Origin: an uncultured Gammaproteobacteria bacterium
GTDB taxonomy: Bacteria; Pseudomonadota; Gammaproteobacteria; JAADGQ01
Assembly: GCA_964468225.1 (NCBI GenBank)
Contig: CAYXVC010000041.1
Coordinates: forward strand, 1 to 17,618
Reading direction: 5' to 3'
DNA: 17,618 nucleotides
Made by a program: the position numbers and the translations under genes. The notes under the pieces were generated by a model. That model ran no database searches. It worked only from the letters and a program-made list of their open reading frames with translations, and was not told where the DNA came from. Position 1 is the first letter of the stretch. Every line of letters starts with the position of its first letter. This document shows positions 15,590 to 17,618 of the stretch, piece by piece.

Positions 15590-16474
15590 TTGCCCCCCCG
15601 ATTGACTAGAGAAAAAGGTTACTGGCGCGGTTTTTTTCGCGCCATGGCCAGCCCCTGCGAAATTCTGTTCGCCACACAAAATCGCTCTCTGGCCAAAGAG
15701 CTTCTACAACAAAGCTATGCCGAAGCAAAACGAATTGAGAAAAAATTCAGCCGTTACCGAACGGACAACTGTATTTACCAAATTAACAAAAGCAATGGCA
15801 CTCCCGTTTCAGTGGACGATGAGACTACTCATCTACTGAACTTTGCACAACAATGTTATCAAATCAGCGAGCATAAATTTGATATTACTTCCGGTGTATT
15901 ACGTGAGGTGTGGACGTTTGACGGCAGTGACAATATTCCTGACCCAGCCGTAGTCAAATCAATATTGCCACGTATCGGTTGGAATAAGGTCGAATGGCAC
16001 AACTCAATCATCACTCTACCTTCCGGTATGGAAATTGATCTGGGAGGAATCGGCAAGGAATACGCAGTCGATCAGACCGCCAGACTGATCTTCAGAAAAT
16101 TAAAAACAGGTGTGCTAATCAACTATGGTGGTGATCTGCATGCTCTGGGCCCACAAAAAAGTGGGAAACCATGGGGTGTGGGGGTTGATGACCCTGAAAA
16201 AAGTGGCATCAAACAGATTGGTGCAGTCAACCTGTCAAAAGGCGGATTAGCCACCAGTGGTGATGCACGACGCTATTTGCTTAAAAGCGGTATCCGTTAC
16301 GGTCATATTCTTGACCCAGCCACCGGCTGGCCTGTTCCAGACACCCCCCGAGCCGTGACCGTCATTGCAGATACCTGCCTGGAAGCAGGAATGCTCTCGA
16401 CCATGGCTATGTTGCGGGGAAGCCAAGCTCGCCATTTTCTTGAAGCTCAGCAGGTTGATTTTTGGTGCGTCTGA
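15590..16474 (+). CDS. apbE: FAD:protein FMN transferase (ApbE family)
   Basis: 294 aa. Conserved ApbE motifs: GIGKEYAVD, GHILDPATGWP, DLGGIGK. Probable TTG start at 15590 with GAGG 5 nt upstream. No signal peptide is visible. Confidence 0.85.
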   Translation: MPPRLTREKGYWRGFFRAMASPCEILFATQNRSLAKELLQQSYAEAKRIEKKFSRYRTDNCIYQINKSNGTPVSVDDETTHLLNFAQQCYQISEHKFDITSGVLREVWTFDGSDNIPDPAVVKSILPRIGWNKVEWHNSIITLPSGMEIDLGGIGKEYAVDQTARLIFRKLKTGVLINYGGDLHALGPQKSGKPWGVGVDDPEKSGIKQIGAVNLSKGGLATSGDARRYLLKSGIRYGHILDPATGWPVPDTPRAVTVIADTCLEAGMLSTMAMLRGSQARHFLEAQQVDFWCV

Positions 16475-16475
16475 C

Positions 16476-17618
16476 TCAGGAGAACATTGGACCCTCTCCC
16501 GCAACTGTCTCATCAATTTTATTCTCTCCCTCAGGAGAATATTCATCATCCCTAGTCAATACTTCAGGGTTCTGCACACCAAAATATGAGTACATCGTTG
16601 CGGCGATTGCAGTTGGTTCAAACTGATAACTATCCTCAGTGGGTTGAGTAAACTGACGGTTTTGTTTGGAATCGCCAAAACGCTCTGTTTTTCCAACAAT
16701 TTTCCCTAACGTGCCGGGACGAATTTCCTCACCACCAAAGGTATAGAAATTTTGATTGTTACCATGATCCCAACCCATGGAGTTGTTCAAGTTAACATTA
16801 CGACCAAAATCACCGAATACATTGATAATGATATTTCCAGTTCCACTTCCATCCGCCCGTTTGGAATATTTGATGTGCTTGGTAGCCGCCCGCAGCGTTG
16901 TCATCAAAGACTCCATTCGTTCGGTATACTTATCAATAGCAGAGTCATGATCATCCCACCCCCCTAAGCCACCACCTACAGTAATAAACATACTGTCAGG
17001 ATTCGCTATCGCCAATGTAACCGCTGCTTTTATTCGATCTCTATGGCGCGTGTCAGGGTATTGTAGAATTCCATCTTCCCCTGCATCAACATCACCAGCA
17101 GGAAGAGATGGAAGTGATGAATTAAGTGCTTCAGAAAAGCCTTCAATACGTCCCTCCATATCTCTGCGAGCTTCGAAGCCATCAAATGCTTTGGAATATC
17201 GCCCATCAGCTCCTGTATTCATTTGAGAGACCAGATTTTCCAACACTGCATCAAACCCGTTATATTCACGAGAATAGGGATTATTAAATTTTTGATCCAG
17301 GCTGACCGCACGCATCGTTAGAGGTAATAGATTGTTTTTATCTAAAAAAGCGGTCGAGACACCCTCGAATGACACAAATGGCAGCACATAATCATCTATC
17401 GATTTATTCAACAAAGTTTGATTGTTGTACAAAACTGTTGCCAGTGTTGTACCCATACCAGGGCTATTATTGATATTCAGATTTCCAGTGAGGCAAGAAA
17501 AAATACTGGGACGGTGAGAACGAGTGTTGTTTTTAAGGCGATTCACCGTTCGATAGATTGACATATCCCCTGATGCCAACATATCCTCCATCGCCTCACC
17601 GCCCGCATCACTCCAAAA
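16476..17618 (-). CDS. DUF1501 domain protein (sulfatase-like fold), N-terminus beyond the right edge of the window
   Basis: GGGLGGWDDHD and FGDFGRNVNLNNSMGWDHGNN...FGGEEIRPGTLGKIVG match DUF1501 signatures. The reading frame stays open upstream of the first Met (FWSDAGGEA-MEDML...) to position 17618, so the true start, probably a Tat signal, is outside the window. The stop is 1 nt from the convergent apbE stop. Confidence 0.75.
   Translation of the reverse strand, partial: FWSDAGGEAMEDMLASGDMSIYRTVNRLKNNTRSHRPSIFSCLTGNLNINNSPGMGTTLATVLYNNQTLLNKSIDDYVLPFVSFEGVSTAFLDKNNLLPLTMRAVSLDQKFNNPYSREYNGFDAVLENLVSQMNTGADGRYSKAFDGFEARRDMEGRIEGFSEALNSSLPSLPAGDVDAGEDGILQYPDTRHRDRIKAAVTLAIANPDSMFITVGGGLGGWDDHDSAIDKYTERMESLMTTLRAATKHIKYSKRADGSGTGNIIINVFGDFGRNVNLNNSMGWDHGNNQNFYTFGGEEIRPGTLGKIVGKTERFGDSKQNRQFTQPTEDSYQFEPTAIAATMYSYFGVQNPEVLTRDDEYSPEGENKIDETVAGEGPMFS

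Noticed and set aside
1-17618. CRISPR arrays, IS elements, transposase or integrase genes, rRNA
   Set aside because: No regularly spaced direct repeats and no recognisable transposase or integrase ORFs were found on either strand.

Overview
This window looks like a chromosomal segment of a Gram-negative, probably gammaproteobacterial, genome carrying about 20 genes. I saw no IS element, integrase, CRISPR array or rRNA gene.

Left third (minus strand): a tripartite RND efflux operon in the order outer-membrane factor, adaptor, pump.
- TolC-like outer-membrane factor, 1736-3091.
- Lipoprotein adaptor, 687-1739.
- RND pump, 5' part only, 1-683; its C-terminal part lies beyond the left edge of the window.

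Next come arfB and two AT-rich lipoprotein genes that are translationally coupled. The first lipoprotein has a C-terminal discoidin-like domain; the second is unrecognised. After them come an O-acyl-homoserine sulfhydrylase-like PLP enzyme and an SPFH/band-7 protein with a triplicated PGS[YF] repeat and no transmembrane segment.

Centre: an Rtc RNA-repair locus.
- rtcB is on the minus strand with a near-consensus sigma-54 promoter.
- rtcR (CARF, AAA+, HTH activator) is divergent from rtcB.
- There is no rtcA.
- Immediately 3' of rtcB lie two tandem tRNA-like modules. They have a canonical D-arm and GGTTCGAGTCC / GGTTCGACTCC T-loops, but they do not fold into canonical tRNAs: the anticodon is AUU, the acceptor stem is bulged and there is no CCA. 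The second module is a 9-bp-closed, cloverleaf-like fold. They are candidate tRNA-mimic, Y-RNA-like ncRNAs, or a decayed tRNA site.
- rtcR is followed by a YfcE-type metallophosphoesterase and a DUF58 (vWA-like) gene that overlap each other.

Right third (plus strand): a TlpA-like thioredoxin, a DUF4266 lipoprotein, DUF3570 and ApbE (FAD:protein FMN transferase). DUF3570 carries an RnfG/NqrC-type flavinylation motif (DAITGAT). A partial DUF1501 gene converges on this operon.
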